Shown one piece after another: positions 43,892-54,223 of a stretch of 64,000 nt of DNA. The stretch's first letter is position 1. Every line of letters begins with the position of its first letter. The stretch comes from Gammaproteobacteria bacterium (GTDB taxonomy: Bacteria > Pseudomonadota > Gammaproteobacteria > Steroidobacterales > GCA-2729495). The DNA is taken from positions 62,309 to 126,308 of the forward strand of contig JAUHYQ010000007.1 of the NCBI GenBank assembly GCA_030426355.1. The letters are read 5' to 3'. The translations under genes and the position numbers were made by a program. The notes beneath the pieces are model-generated. The model saw only the letters and a list, made by a program, of their open reading frames with translations. It was not told the origin of the DNA and did no database searches.

Positions 43892-44842
43892 TCAGGCTCC
43901 CTTTTTCTTCCAGTTGCCAAGTTCGGCTTCTTTTTTAGGTGCCAGCACCAGCAGGATCCCCAGCACTACGAAGGCCGCGAAGATTACGGACATTTCCAGT
44001 GTATAACTCCAAGGGTCTACCCATATTTCGGTGAGCAGGCCGAACTTGCCGAGCACCTCAACGTTGACCCAGAAAATGTTGCCTACCGGAATGGCATAGC
44101 GCAGAGCTGTTGACGTGCGTTTGAATTTGACCAGCCGTGTTAAGCAGAAACCGCTCCATACCGTGGCCACAAAAACGGACGCCATGTTGAGACCGACGAA
44201 CAAATCGCCACGGCCGACAAGGCCCGGGTCGAAGCACAGCAGGTTCCATGAGTAACAGAACCACGTGACGAAGAAAGTTTCCATGAAAGTGATGATGGCG
44301 TAGTTGCGGTCACGCGCAGACTTGGTGCTTGGGCCCAGCGCTTCCTTAAGACCGAGGCGCTTCTGAAACCAGATGAACATATTGCAACGGGTGTCTTTGT
44401 CAAAGGTATAGAAGCACAGCATCATCAGCAGGATGCCGACCGTTGACCCCATGATCATGTACTCGGGCCAGGTGCCGCTGACGTTCAGTCCGTCGGGGCC
44501 GTCCATTCGTGGCAACATGCCCCAGTTTTCGCGGCCGTACCACATATAAAAGAATTCCACCCAGCACATCCATACGATGACGCCGGCAAAGAAGCCGATC
44601 CATGTCTGGAATGCTTCGTTTTTGGATTTGATCCCGTACCAAAGCATCACAATGCCGGCGAAGCCCATTAGCGGTGAAAGTGCGTAGGTGTTCTGTTTGC
44701 CCAGGTTGTGTTCGATCATCACCATTAAGGTGTGAGCCAGACCAATAGCAACAAACATCAGGATAAAGGTCACGATGCCGACGACGGGCGGTTGCCACAG
44801 GCGAGATTTGGCGGTCTTGCGGGTTGCGGTTGTTGCTGTCAT
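43892..44842 (-). CDS. polytopic membrane protein of unknown function
   Basis: 316 aa with about 8 TM segments, rich in Trp, Phe and Cys. It is 2 nt from the downstream ORF. Confidence 0.55.
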   Translation of the reverse strand: MTATTATRKTAKSRLWQPPVVGIVTFILMFVAIGLAHTLMVMIEHNLGKQNTYALSPLMGFAGIVMLWYGIKSKNEAFQTWIGFFAGVIVWMCWVEFFYMWYGRENWGMLPRMDGPDGLNVSGTWPEYMIMGSTVGILLMMLCFYTFDKDTRCNMFIWFQKRLGLKEALGPSTKSARDRNYAIITFMETFFVTWFCYSWNLLCFDPGLVGRGDLFVGLNMASVFVATVWSGFCLTRLVKFKRTSTALRYAIPVGNIFWVNVEVLGKFGLLTEIWVDPWSYTLEMSVIFAAFVVLGILLVLAPKKEAELGNWKKKGA

Positions 44843-44902
44843 TTGTTGTTCCTTGTTACGTGCGCAGCGTGGCGATCAATTCGGTGGGACTAAAAGGCAG
44901 GA

Positions 44903-45235
44903 TTAGTCGGCAGGAGTAGGGTCGAAGTACTTCTCAAATTTTCCAGGCACACCCTCGTACTGTTTGCCGTCGGCAGGGGCCTCGTGTTTGTCGGTAATGA
45001 TTGGCCATTTCTGCGAGTATTCCTCATTGAGTTTTAGCCAGCGCTCGCCGTCTTTATCCGTGTGCTCAATAATGGCGCTAGCTTCACATTCCGGAACGCA
45101 CAGGCCGCAGTCGATGCATTCTTCAGGATCAATTACCAACATGTTTGCACCCTCGTGGAAACAATCCACCGGGCAAACCTGAACGCAGTCCTGATACTTG
45201 CAGCGGATACAGTCTTCGGTAATTACGTACGCCAT
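44903..45235 (-). CDS. fdxA: 7Fe ferredoxin (Azotobacter FdI type)
   Basis: 110 aa. [18 protein letters not shown] and [13 protein letters not shown]. Confidence 0.92.
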   Translation of the reverse strand: MAYVITEDCIRCKYQDCVQVCPVDCFHEGANMLVIDPEECIDCGLCVPECEASAIIEHTDKDGERWLKLNEEYSQKWPIITDKHEAPADGKQYEGVPGKFEKYFDPTPAD

Positions 45236-45291
45236 TTGCTTTTCCTGATAACAACTTCGGGATAGTGTCGATTAGTCGGAGCGCGAGTATG

Positions 45292-45351
45292 CTTAACTTG
45301 CGCGTAACGGAGGGTTAACCGCTGGTTAACATCGTGTTAACAGATCGTTAA
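45292..45351. promoter_or_regulatory. phased array of (G)TTAAC motifs in the fdxA / DUF423 divergent intergenic region
   Basis: GTTAAC at 45313, 45324, 45335 and 45346, with exact 11-bp spacing. It is preceded by cTTAAC (45292) and cGTAAC (45302). Confidence 0.45.
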
Positions 45352-45434
45352 CCAGACATATCGGACAGATACTTTCGTCAGTCAGCCCGGAGTTGTTTAA
45401 TGGGTTGTCGTTGCTCAAGTCTCGGGAGAGAGTC

Positions 45435-45821
45435 ATGCCTTTAGAATCCAAGATATTCATTGTTATTGGTTGTGTGTTGCTGTCTGCCGCAAACGGTCTG
45501 GCTGCATTTGGTTTTCACGTGTCGCCGGACGTATTGCCGCCCGAGGAAGTTCAGAACTGGTTCTGGGCGGTTGATATGCAGTACTACTTTGGCGGTGGCC
45601 TGATTGCCCTGGGGATACTGATCAAGCTGTTGGGTGTTTCGTGGTTCTTTCGCATCGCCGGTGTGCTGATGGTGTTAGGTCTGATGATTTTTGGCGGGCT
45701 ACTCTACATTCAGGCTTTGACCGATTATGTGTCGCCCACCAATACCATTCCGACCGGGGGGCAGATGCTGATTTTTTCCTGGTTGTTTGTCGCAATAGGG
45801 GTGCTGATGGCTAAGGCTTAG
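45435..45821 (+). CDS. DUF423 (YgdD-like) membrane protein
   Basis: The ATG at 45435 follows GGGAGAGAG. 128 aa with 4 TM segments. Confidence 0.65.
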   Translation: MPLESKIFIVIGCVLLSAANGLAAFGFHVSPDVLPPEEVQNWFWAVDMQYYFGGGLIALGILIKLLGVSWFFRIAGVLMVLGLMIFGGLLYIQALTDYVSPTNTIPTGGQMLIFSWLFVAIGVLMAKA

Positions 45822-45927
45822 CATCGCTTTTTAGCAGGGCCTTTACAGGGGGGAGCGATTCGCATAGCATGACTGACCAGTCAGTCAGCCATAACTGACT
45901 GTCGCTAATAATAAAAGCAGGCAATCG

Positions 45928-46551
45928 GTGAATACAGCCCCCGCAACCAGTTCCATCACGGCACGCGAAGCAGTGCTGCGTGCGGCGCTCCGGGTTTTTC
46001 TCGAGCGCGGTTTTGCTGCCGCGCGCATCGAAGATATTGCCCAGGTTGCCGGTGTCGGTAAGGGCAGTGTCTACCTGCACTTTCGCAATAAAAAAGAGTT
46101 GTTTCAGGCGGTCATTGACGAAGGCATTGTCTCGCAGATCGAAATGGCCGAAGCAGTCGCCAGTGACTTTTCGGGCAGCGCCAGCGACCTGCTCGCCACG
46201 CTTTTGCATACTAACCTGGTGGATTTCTGGGGCACGCCGTCCAGCGGCATTTACAAGCTGATTGTTGCTGAATCTGCCCAGTTCCCTGAGCTGGCCGCCA
46301 CCTATCACAATCACATAACGTGCCGCGCGCGCGAGTTGGTGCAACGTATTTTGCGGCTCGGCATTGCGCAGGGCGAGTATCGCGAGATGGACGTGGAGTG
46401 CACCGCGCACCTCATCCTCAATGCCCTCGACAACGAGCAATTACAGGCGCACTCGTTGAAGGAATTCGACGGCAGTCGCATTGATCCACATCGTTTTGTC
46501 GAAGCACTCATGCGCCTGGTGCTTGATGGCGCGCGATTGACGAGTAAATAG
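45928..46551 (+). CDS. TetR-family transcriptional regulator
   Basis: 207 aa. HTH ARIEDIAQVAGVGKGSVYLHFRNKKELF. Confidence 0.88.
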   Translation: MNTAPATSSITAREAVLRAALRVFLERGFAAARIEDIAQVAGVGKGSVYLHFRNKKELFQAVIDEGIVSQIEMAEAVASDFSGSASDLLATLLHTNLVDFWGTPSSGIYKLIVAESAQFPELAATYHNHITCRARELVQRILRLGIAQGEYREMDVECTAHLILNALDNEQLQAHSLKEFDGSRIDPHRFVEALMRLVLDGARLTSK

Positions 46552-46556
46552 TAACC

Positions 46557-47690
46557 ATGCGCCGCCCAATGATTCTGATGTTGGTTGTTACTACCGCTTT
46601 CTTTGCGGCGGTATTCGGCTGGAAGGCTTTTGTCGGTTATCAGATGGACCAGTCGATGCAGAACATGCAGATGCCGGCCGTCACGGTTTCAACAGCCGAG
46701 GTGGTGGCCTCATCCTGGACGCCCGAAATTTCGGCAGTCGGCACCTTGCGCGCACAACGCGGCGTGGATGTTACTGCTCAGGCAGCCGGCCAGATTGTGG
46801 CTTTGCACTTTGATTCCGGCGATAGGGTGTCCGCCGGTGATCTGCTGGTGCAGCAATACACGGCCGATGACCTGGCACGGTTAGAGGGCCTGGTTGCTGC
46901 CGCCGAACTGGCGGAGCGCAACGTTCAGCGAGCAGAAGAACTGCGGGCAAAAAACCTTATTTCCGAATTCGATGTGGACAGCCGAAACACCGAACTGCGG
47001 GTGGCGCGCGCAGTCGAGGCCGAGCTGCGGTTGAGTATTGAACAGCGTGCGATTCGTGCACCGTTTACCGGCCGTCTGGGGCTGCGTAAGGTTGATATTG
47101 GCCAATACATTGAACCGGGCGATGCGCTTGCGCGGCTGGAAGCATCAGATCTGATTTATCTGGACTTTCCGGTGCCGCAGCGACGCTTAGGGGCATTGTC
47201 CCTGGGGCAAAGTGTTGAAGTCAGTGTGGATGCGTGGCCGGAAACGCGCTTCGCCGGTGTGGTCAGCGCAATCGAGCCACAGGTGGAACGCGAGACTCGC
47301 AATGTTCTCGTGCGGGCTGAAATTGACAATCGCGACGGGCGGCTGGCGCCGGGGATGTTTGCCCGGGCTGACGTGCAGTTAGAGACGCAGCAGAATGTAT
47401 TGACGGTGCCGCAGTCGGCCATTGTTTACAGCCCTTACGGTGATGCCGTTTACGCTGTCGTGGAGGGTGCGCCGCAGGGTGATCAGGCGGGCTCAACACT
47501 GACCGTCGTGAACACCTTTGTCGTGACCGGCTCCACTCGTGGCGACCAGATAGCAATCGAATCCGGTTTGCAGGCCGGCATGACGGTGGTCACCGCAGGA
47601 CAGCAGAAATTGCGAAACGGAGCTCGCGTTGTCATCAACAACACCGTGCCTGTGGGGAACGACCCTGACCCCACGCCCGCCAATAACTAG
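46557..47690 (+). CDS. RND efflux periplasmic adaptor (MFP)
   Basis: 377 aa with an N-terminal TM. HlyD-like coiled-coil hairpin and beta-barrel pattern. Confidence 0.9.
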   Translation: MRRPMILMLVVTTAFFAAVFGWKAFVGYQMDQSMQNMQMPAVTVSTAEVVASSWTPEISAVGTLRAQRGVDVTAQAAGQIVALHFDSGDRVSAGDLLVQQYTADDLARLEGLVAAAELAERNVQRAEELRAKNLISEFDVDSRNTELRVARAVEAELRLSIEQRAIRAPFTGRLGLRKVDIGQYIEPGDALARLEASDLIYLDFPVPQRRLGALSLGQSVEVSVDAWPETRFAGVVSAIEPQVERETRNVLVRAEIDNRDGRLAPGMFARADVQLETQQNVLTVPQSAIVYSPYGDAVYAVVEGAPQGDQAGSTLTVVNTFVVTGSTRGDQIAIESGLQAGMTVVTAGQQKLRNGARVVINNTVPVGNDPDPTPANN

Positions 47691-47704
47691 CGCTAAGGCC
47701 TGGC

Positions 47705-50700
47705 GTGCTTAACTTTACCGACATATTTATCCGCCGACCGGTACTGGCAACCGTGGTCAGCCTGCTGATTTTTTTGGCAGGGCTGCGTTCGATTCAGTTA
47801 TTGCAGGTGAGTCAGTACCCGTCAAGTGAATCGGCCGTGGTTCGAATTACCACCATCTACACGGGTGCCGAAGCAGAACTGGTTAAAGGTTTTATTACTA
47901 CGCCGCTGGAGCGCGAGATCGCCAGCGCAGACGGTATTGATTATCTGGAATCCAGCAGTCTGCAAGGTGCCAGCGCCATCACGGCGCACCTGAAGCTCAA
48001 TTATCCGCCTTACGATGCGCTCACGCAGATCACCGCCAAGGTCAATAAAGTGCGTGCGGAACTGCCGGCGGGTGCAGACGCGCCGGTGCTGGAAGTCGCA
48101 ATCGGCGAAACGACGTCTGCTATGTACCTGAGCTTTAACAGCGCCACGCGCGCACAGAACCAGATTACCGACTACCTGATCCGTGAAGTGCAGCCGCGAC
48201 TGGAGGCAGTCGCCGGCGTGCAGCAGGCGGCAATATTGGGCGGCCGCAACTTCGCCATGCGTATTTGGCTCGATGCCGAGCGTATGCACGGCCTGAACGT
48301 AACGCCGGGGGAAGTCGCTGCAGCACTGCGTGCCAATAATTATCAGGCGGCGATTGGCAAGACCAAGGGCGATGCCGTTTCCATCAACCTGGTTGCTGCA
48401 ACCGACCTGCATTCGGCACGTGAGTTTCAGCAATTGATTGTCGGGCAGCGCAACGACTCGTTAATACGCCTTGAGGATATCGCGACCGTAGCGCTGGGCG
48501 CCGAGAACTACGATTCATCGGTTGCATTCAACGGCGAATTTGCAACGTTTATTGCCATTGATGTACTGCCGACCGCGAACCCGTTGGAAGTGATTCGGGA
48601 AATTCGCGAATTGTTTCCGGACATTGTCGCCCAGCTGCCGAATGACATTGTCGGCACTATTTCCTACGACACGACGCGGTACATTGAAGATGCCATTGAC
48701 GGCGTAGTAAAGACGCTGGTGGAAGCCGCGCTGATCGTAATGCTGGTGATCTACCTGTTTCTGGGCACAGTGCGCTCCGTCATTATCCCCATTGTGGCAA
48801 TTCCGTTGTCGATGGTAGGGGCCGCTGCGATCATGCTGGCGCTGGGGTACTCGATAAATTTGCTGACTCTGCTCGCCATGGTGCTGGCGATTGGTTTGGT
48901 GGTTGACGATGCCATTATTGTCGTCGAAAACATTCAGCGTCACATCGAGGAGGGCAAGTCGCGACTCGATGCGGCTCTGCTGGGTGCGCGCGAGCTCGCG
49001 ATACCGGTGATCGCCATGACCATCACGCTGTTCGCCGTGTATGCGCCGATAGGGTTGGCAGGCGGGCTTACGGGCAGCCTGTTCCGCGAATTCGCGTTTA
49101 CTCTGGCCGGCGCAGTCATTGTTTCGGGGGTGGTGGCGCTTACGCTTTCGCCCATGATGTGTTCAAAAATGCTGCCGCGCCGTTCAGAAGAAGCTCGTCT
49201 GGCGAAATGGTTGAACCAGCGATTCGATAATTTGCGGCGCCGGTATGCGGCTGTATTAAGTCGCAGCCTTAATGCTGTGCCCGTCACGTTGGTATTCAGC
49301 GTGGTCGTTCTGGTGAGTATTTATTTTATGTTCGTGTCGACACCGGCGGAGCTGGCGCCGACCGAAGATCAGGGCATTGTGCTCGTCATGTCCACTGCGG
49401 AGGCCGGCACATCGCCGGAACAGCTTACCCGTTACACCGGAGCGCTGGTGGATGCCTATCGTTCTATTGAGGCGGCTGATCAGAGCTTTCTGTTTAATGG
49501 CAGTATCGGCAGTGGCCCGGCGTCGACAACCAACACAGCGCTGTCCGGGCTGGTGTTAAAGCCATGGAGTGAACGCGATGCCACCCAGATGGAGCTGATT
49601 GGTGAGGTGCAGCAGACGGCGGACACAATCGCAGGGTTGCAGTCGGCTGCATTCGGCTTGCCCCCCATGCCCGGTGCTGGCGACGGACTGCCCGTCCAGT
49701 TTGTGCTCAGCTCAACACGGCAGCCGCTCGAGATATTCGAACTGGCTAACGAACTGCTGGGCGCCGCCTATGCCAGCGGCTTGTTTGCTTTTGCGGCACT
49801 GGACGTAAAATTTGACCGGCCGCAGACCCGCCTGCTTATCGATCGCGACATGGCTGCCAACATCGGTGTGGACATGGAACAGGTGGGTACCGAGCTGGGT
49901 GCCATGCTTTCCGGTAACTACGTGAGTCGCTTCAGTCTGCAGGGCCGCAGTTACAAAGTGATTCCGCAGTCGAACCGCGCCGACCGCCTGAACCCTTATC
50001 AGGTGAGCGGGTTCCCGCTGCGAACCGAGAGCGATCGCCTGGTATCCATGGATTCCATTCTTGATCGGCAGAAGACGGTCGAGCCGCAGGAATTGAAGCG
50101 TTTCCAGCAATTGAACTCGGTAACATTATCGGCAGTGCCTTTGCCTGATGTTGCGCTGGGCGATGCGCTTGACTATTTGCGCACGACCGCCGCCGGCATG
50201 GCCTCGGCCGATTTCAAGTTCGACTTTGCCGGCCCGTCGAGGCAATACGTGCAGGAGGGCGACAGCCTTACGGTGACGTTTTTCTTTGCCATCATCGTTA
50301 TCTATCTGATCCTGGCCGCGCAGTTCGAATCGTTTCGTGATCCGCTGATCATGCTCGTGAGCGTGCCGATGTCCATTGCCGGCGCGCTCGTTTTTCTGAC
50401 GCTGGGCGCCGCCACCATTAATATCTACACGCAGGTTGGCCTGATTACACTGATCGGGCTGATCAGCAAGCACGGGATATTGATCGTTGAGTTTGCGAAT
50501 CAATTGCAGAAAGAAGGCATGACCAAGCGCGAAGCGATTGAAGCGGCCGCCGGCATCCGGTTACGGCCCATACTCATGACAACAGCCGCAACCGTGCTGG
50601 GCGTATTTCCGTTACTGATTGCCAGTGGTGCCGGTGCAGTGAGCCGTTACAACATCGGCTTAGTGGTTGCGACGGGCATGACAGTCGGCACCTTGTTTAC

Positions 50701-50788
50701 GGTGTTTGTGGTGCCCGCCGTTTATCTGGCCATGGCGCGGGATCACAGCCATGATCGTCTTACCGAAGCTCAGCCTTTACCCAACTGA
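47705..50788 (+). CDS. RND efflux permease (AcrB/HAE1 family)
   Basis: 1027 aa with a GTG start. N-terminus FIRRPVLATVVSLLIFLAGL and a 12-TM layout. No outer-membrane factor gene follows. Confidence 0.93.
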   Translation: MLNFTDIFIRRPVLATVVSLLIFLAGLRSIQLLQVSQYPSSESAVVRITTIYTGAEAELVKGFITTPLEREIASADGIDYLESSSLQGASAITAHLKLNYPPYDALTQITAKVNKVRAELPAGADAPVLEVAIGETTSAMYLSFNSATRAQNQITDYLIREVQPRLEAVAGVQQAAILGGRNFAMRIWLDAERMHGLNVTPGEVAAALRANNYQAAIGKTKGDAVSINLVAATDLHSAREFQQLIVGQRNDSLIRLEDIATVALGAENYDSSVAFNGEFATFIAIDVLPTANPLEVIREIRELFPDIVAQLPNDIVGTISYDTTRYIEDAIDGVVKTLVEAALIVMLVIYLFLGTVRSVIIPIVAIPLSMVGAAAIMLALGYSINLLTLLAMVLAIGLVVDDAIIVVENIQRHIEEGKSRLDAALLGARELAIPVIAMTITLFAVYAPIGLAGGLTGSLFREFAFTLAGAVIVSGVVALTLSPMMCSKMLPRRSEEARLAKWLNQRFDNLRRRYAAVLSRSLNAVPVTLVFSVVVLVSIYFMFVSTPAELAPTEDQGIVLVMSTAEAGTSPEQLTRYTGALVDAYRSIEAADQSFLFNGSIGSGPASTTNTALSGLVLKPWSERDATQMELIGEVQQTADTIAGLQSAAFGLPPMPGAGDGLPVQFVLSSTRQPLEIFELANELLGAAYASGLFAFAALDVKFDRPQTRLLIDRDMAANIGVDMEQVGTELGAMLSGNYVSRFSLQGRSYKVIPQSNRADRLNPYQVSGFPLRTESDRLVSMDSILDRQKTVEPQELKRFQQLNSVTLSAVPLPDVALGDALDYLRTTAAGMASADFKFDFAGPSRQYVQEGDSLTVTFFFAIIVIYLILAAQFESFRDPLIMLVSVPMSIAGALVFLTLGAATINIYTQVGLITLIGLISKHGILIVEFANQLQKEGMTKREAIEAAAGIRLRPILMTTAATVLGVFPLLIASGAGAVSRYNIGLVVATGMTVGTLFTVFVVPAVYLAMARDHSHDRLTEAQPLPN

Positions 50789-52263
50789 GCAATAGCAAAA
50801 TCACGTGCGGCCACGGTGACGGTTTTTTCTTCGGTGAACAAAGCACGACTCCAGTCACCACCGTCACGCCCCACACCGGAATGTTTGTAGCCACCAAAGG
50901 GCGCGTGCAAGTCACGGGTCAGGGGCGTGTTAACCCAGACCATTCCGGCGCGCAGTGCATCGGTGGCCCGCATTACCCGGGCGATGTTTTGCGACCACAC
51001 ATAGGCCACCAGCCCGAACTCGCTGTCATTGGCTATCGCGTAGGCTTCGTCTTCGGTGTCGAATGTCAGGATGGTTGCAAAGGGGCCGAAGATTTCCTCC
51101 TGACAAACAGGCAGGGCATTGCTCGCGGCAGTTACAACCGTGGGCTCAACGAAAAAACCTTTATCGAATAGTTCGCTGCGTTTGCCGCCGGCAAGAATTT
51201 CTACACCCTCAGTGTCGGCTGCCTGACGCGCATACTCCAGTACGCGCTCCATTTGCGCAGCGGAAATCAGCGCGCCGATTTCGGTTTTTGGATCGTAAGG
51301 GTCGCCGAGTCTGAGCCGTTTTACACGTGCCACAAAGGCGGCAACAAATTTTTCGGCAATCTCACGTTGCAGCAATATGCGCGAACCGGCCAGGCACTGC
51401 TGACCGTTATTCGAAAAGATAGCGACCAGTGCGGCATCAAGGGCGCGTTCGAAGTCGGCATCCGCAAAAATAATGTTGGCCGATTTACCGCCGAGTTCCG
51501 TCACCACCTTTTTTATGCCGCGGCCGGCTTCGGCTCCGATCAGTCGTCCGGTCGACGTGCCGCCCGTGAAGGCCACCACGTCAACGTCGGGGTGCGCTAC
51601 CAGTGCAGCGCCGGTAACCGGGCCGCGACCGTTGACCATGTTCACGACACCGGGTGGCACGCCCGCCTCAGACAGCAATTCCATAAAGGGCACAAAGCTG
51701 AGCGGTGTAAGCTCGCTGGGTTTCAGTACGCACGAGTTGCCGAAGGCAATTGCACCCGCCACTTTCATCGACGCCAGTGCCAGCGGGGCATTCCACGGCG
51801 CAATCAATCCGGCCACACCCGCCGGATCTCTGCGCACGTAGGTCAGGTAGTCAGGGTTTTGCTCGAACACCGGATTGCTCGCCTGCGCAATGTATTCGGC
51901 GAAGAACTCAAAGTTGGCTGCCGCGCGCGGAATGTGTCGCCCGTAAGCCTGAGCCAGAGGCGCTCCGGTATGAGCGACCTCAAGTTCTGCAAGCCGGTCC
52001 CGATTCGCAAGAATAAGCTCGCTTACCTTAAGCAGCACGCTCTTGCGCGTAGCCACTGATGCGCGTGACCAGACACCGGTTTCAAACGCGGTTTTGGCGC
52101 TGGCAACCGCGCGATGCACTTCAGCGGCATTTGCTTCAGCGACTTCAGAAATCTGCTGCTCATTGGCCGCAAAGATGACCGGCAGCGTGTCGTGCCCGGC
52201 CGGAGTAACCCAGGCGGCATCTATATAACTGGTAACGGTTTTCGGAATCGACTCCGGCAGCAT
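50770..52263 (-). CDS. NAD(P)-dependent aldehyde dehydrogenase (hydroxymuconic-semialdehyde-dehydrogenase-like)
   Basis: 497 aa. ELGGKS and the catalytic Cys context GQQCLAGSR. Confidence 0.88.
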   Translation of the reverse strand: MLPESIPKTVTSYIDAAWVTPAGHDTLPVIFAANEQQISEVAEANAAEVHRAVASAKTAFETGVWSRASVATRKSVLLKVSELILANRDRLAELEVAHTGAPLAQAYGRHIPRAAANFEFFAEYIAQASNPVFEQNPDYLTYVRRDPAGVAGLIAPWNAPLALASMKVAGAIAFGNSCVLKPSELTPLSFVPFMELLSEAGVPPGVVNMVNGRGPVTGAALVAHPDVDVVAFTGGTSTGRLIGAEAGRGIKKVVTELGGKSANIIFADADFERALDAALVAIFSNNGQQCLAGSRILLQREIAEKFVAAFVARVKRLRLGDPYDPKTEIGALISAAQMERVLEYARQAADTEGVEILAGGKRSELFDKGFFVEPTVVTAASNALPVCQEEIFGPFATILTFDTEDEAYAIANDSEFGLVAYVWSQNIARVMRATDALRAGMVWVNTPLTRDLHAPFGGYKHSGVGRDGGDWSRALFTEEKTVTVAARDFAIAQLGKG

Positions 52264-52280
52264 AAGTGTTCTCGCAGGTT

Positions 52281-53012
52281 TTAGTCGGGCACGTGCCAGT
52301 CGCTTTCAGCCACCGGCTCGACTCCCAGCAGCTCCAGTCCGGCATTGGCCAGGGCAACGTTGGACGAAACCACGTGCCTGCCTTCTGCCCGGAGCCTCTT
52401 GATGAGCGGCAAGCCGGGCATGCCGGTGCCGGTTATAACAAAAGCGTCGGCGGGCGTATCGAGCAGTTTCGCGGCAGCGCTCAGGGCATCACCCGTTTGT
52501 TGTTCATAAATACCGTACGTATCGCTTGAACCGATGTCCACTTGCGCACAGGCTCGCACTTCGTAGCCGCGCTGAGTCCAGTAGTTAACAGCGGGCTTGT
52601 TCAGCCAGTCGGGATATGGCGACAGCAAGACGATACTTGCGGCCGCGTTCCGTTCCAGCCAGTGAGCGATGGCATCCGCAGCCAGAATCACCGGCGCGCC
52701 GAGAATTTCTGCCGCTGAATCGGCATAGCGACGGCCGACATCGCCGGTTAGCAGATACGAACTGCCGGTACAGGCGAACATGAAGCCGTCCAGTCGCAGC
52801 TTTGCATAGCGGGCCACGAACTCGGGTAAGTGCTGAATGTACTCCAGCAGGCGGGTGTGCGGATCATCACTTTGGCTGGTGAGCCTCACGGTATAGTACT
52901 CGACGTCGATCGGCATCAGCCGACGAAACTCGGCCTCAACGGTCGGGTTACCCTGCGGCGTTCCCAGACCGAGTCGACCGGCGGCGCCGTAGTCGGGTTG
53001 TGTACTTTTCAT
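52281..53012 (-). CDS. Asp/Glu/hydantoin-racemase-superfamily enzyme (maleate isomerase / arylmalonate decarboxylase-like)
   Basis: 243 aa with two Cys-containing half-sites (FACTGSS, and the ITGTGMP region). It has a 4-nt overlap with the upstream monooxygenase. Confidence 0.7.
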   Translation of the reverse strand: MKSTQPDYGAAGRLGLGTPQGNPTVEAEFRRLMPIDVEYYTVRLTSQSDDPHTRLLEYIQHLPEFVARYAKLRLDGFMFACTGSSYLLTGDVGRRYADSAAEILGAPVILAADAIAHWLERNAAASIVLLSPYPDWLNKPAVNYWTQRGYEVRACAQVDIGSSDTYGIYEQQTGDALSAAAKLLDTPADAFVITGTGMPGLPLIKRLRAEGRHVVSSNVALANAGLELLGVEPVAESDWHVPD

Positions 53013-54208
53013 GCGGCAATGGTAGCCGCTTCGCGCAGGCCCGTAATCATGGACGAACGCAGCAAGTACTCCCTTGCTTGCACGGGATCTGCCGCAATGC
53101 CCTGCAGGCGCTGCAGTTCGGCGCGCCGGGCGGCCGGGTCGCGTTGCTGCATGCGGGTGCGGTTCTGATGCGCCTGTTGCAGGATTTGTTGCTTTGCCAC
53201 CGGCTGGCGCTGCCGGGTATACAGATCCAGCCGCTCAATGGGCGCTTTGCCGGCCAGCACCGGCGGCAGTTTGTCGGTGAGATTGAACGCATCGTGCACG
53301 CCGCCGTTCATGCCCATCCCGCCGGACGGCGAGTTGAGGTGAGCCGCATCGCCGACCAGCAGAATTCGGCCGATGCGGTAGTCATCAACGATGCGTTGAT
53401 GGATGCGATATGGGCGCGCTTCTCGAATTGTATAGGGCGTGTCGCGCGGCACGATGCGCTGCAGTTTGCGCTCAATATTTTCGGCTTGCAGTGCTTCGTC
53501 ATCGCTTTCGCCTTCATCCGGATACAGGCTGCAGCGCCAGATGTCAGGCAAGCGCAGCAAGCTGAAGGTGCCGTGTGCGTACCAGACATAGTTGACGTTC
53601 GAAAGGCCCGGCAGATGGGCGGCAAAGTCGAAGTCGGTGGTGACCAGCAGGGTAGTCTCGGGGTAGGTAAGGCCTTCGAAGTTCAGCGCCAGCTTGTCCC
53701 GGACAAAGCTGCGTGCCCCATCGGCGGCAATCATAAAAGGGGTGCGGACAGTTTGTTCGGCACCGCCCCGGGTTTGCAGACGCGCCACCACATGATCCGC
53801 TGTTTGTGAGAAGTCGATCAGTTGCGTGCCCATGCGCAAGTCCAGCAGCGGTTCTTTGGCTGCCTGCTCTGCCGCCAGCGCACACAGCACACGCTGTTCC
53901 ACTTGCAGACGGAAGGGATACTGCGTATCGCTGCGAATCGCGTCCAGATCAAATTCGGCTTTCTCATGTGTTTCGTGCAGCCGAATCTGCCAGGTGCGGG
54001 TGCGCAGGCCTTGCCGCAGCAGGCCTTCCGTCAGGCCCAGTTCATCGAGCATTTCCAGCGTGGGCGGGTGGAAGGTGGATGCCCGCAAGTCATCCTGCAG
54101 TTGAGCGTCTTTTTCGACCAGGATTACCGGTATACCCGCGCGCACCAGCCGCAATGCCGCTACACAGCCAACGGGACCGGCGCCGATTATCAAAATAGGG
54201 TCAGTCAT
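53009..54208 (-). CDS. FAD-dependent aromatic-ring monooxygenase
   Basis: 399 aa. ILIIGAGPVGCVAALRL and GDAAHLNSPSGGMGMNGGVHDA. Confidence 0.85.
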   Translation of the reverse strand: MTDPILIIGAGPVGCVAALRLVRAGIPVILVEKDAQLQDDLRASTFHPPTLEMLDELGLTEGLLRQGLRTRTWQIRLHETHEKAEFDLDAIRSDTQYPFRLQVEQRVLCALAAEQAAKEPLLDLRMGTQLIDFSQTADHVVARLQTRGGAEQTVRTPFMIAADGARSFVRDKLALNFEGLTYPETTLLVTTDFDFAAHLPGLSNVNYVWYAHGTFSLLRLPDIWRCSLYPDEGESDDEALQAENIERKLQRIVPRDTPYTIREARPYRIHQRIVDDYRIGRILLVGDAAHLNSPSGGMGMNGGVHDAFNLTDKLPPVLAGKAPIERLDLYTRQRQPVAKQQILQQAHQNRTRMQQRDPAARRAELQRLQGIAADPVQAREYLLRSSMITGLREAATIAA

Positions 54209-54223
54209 TGGTCACTTGAGCGG

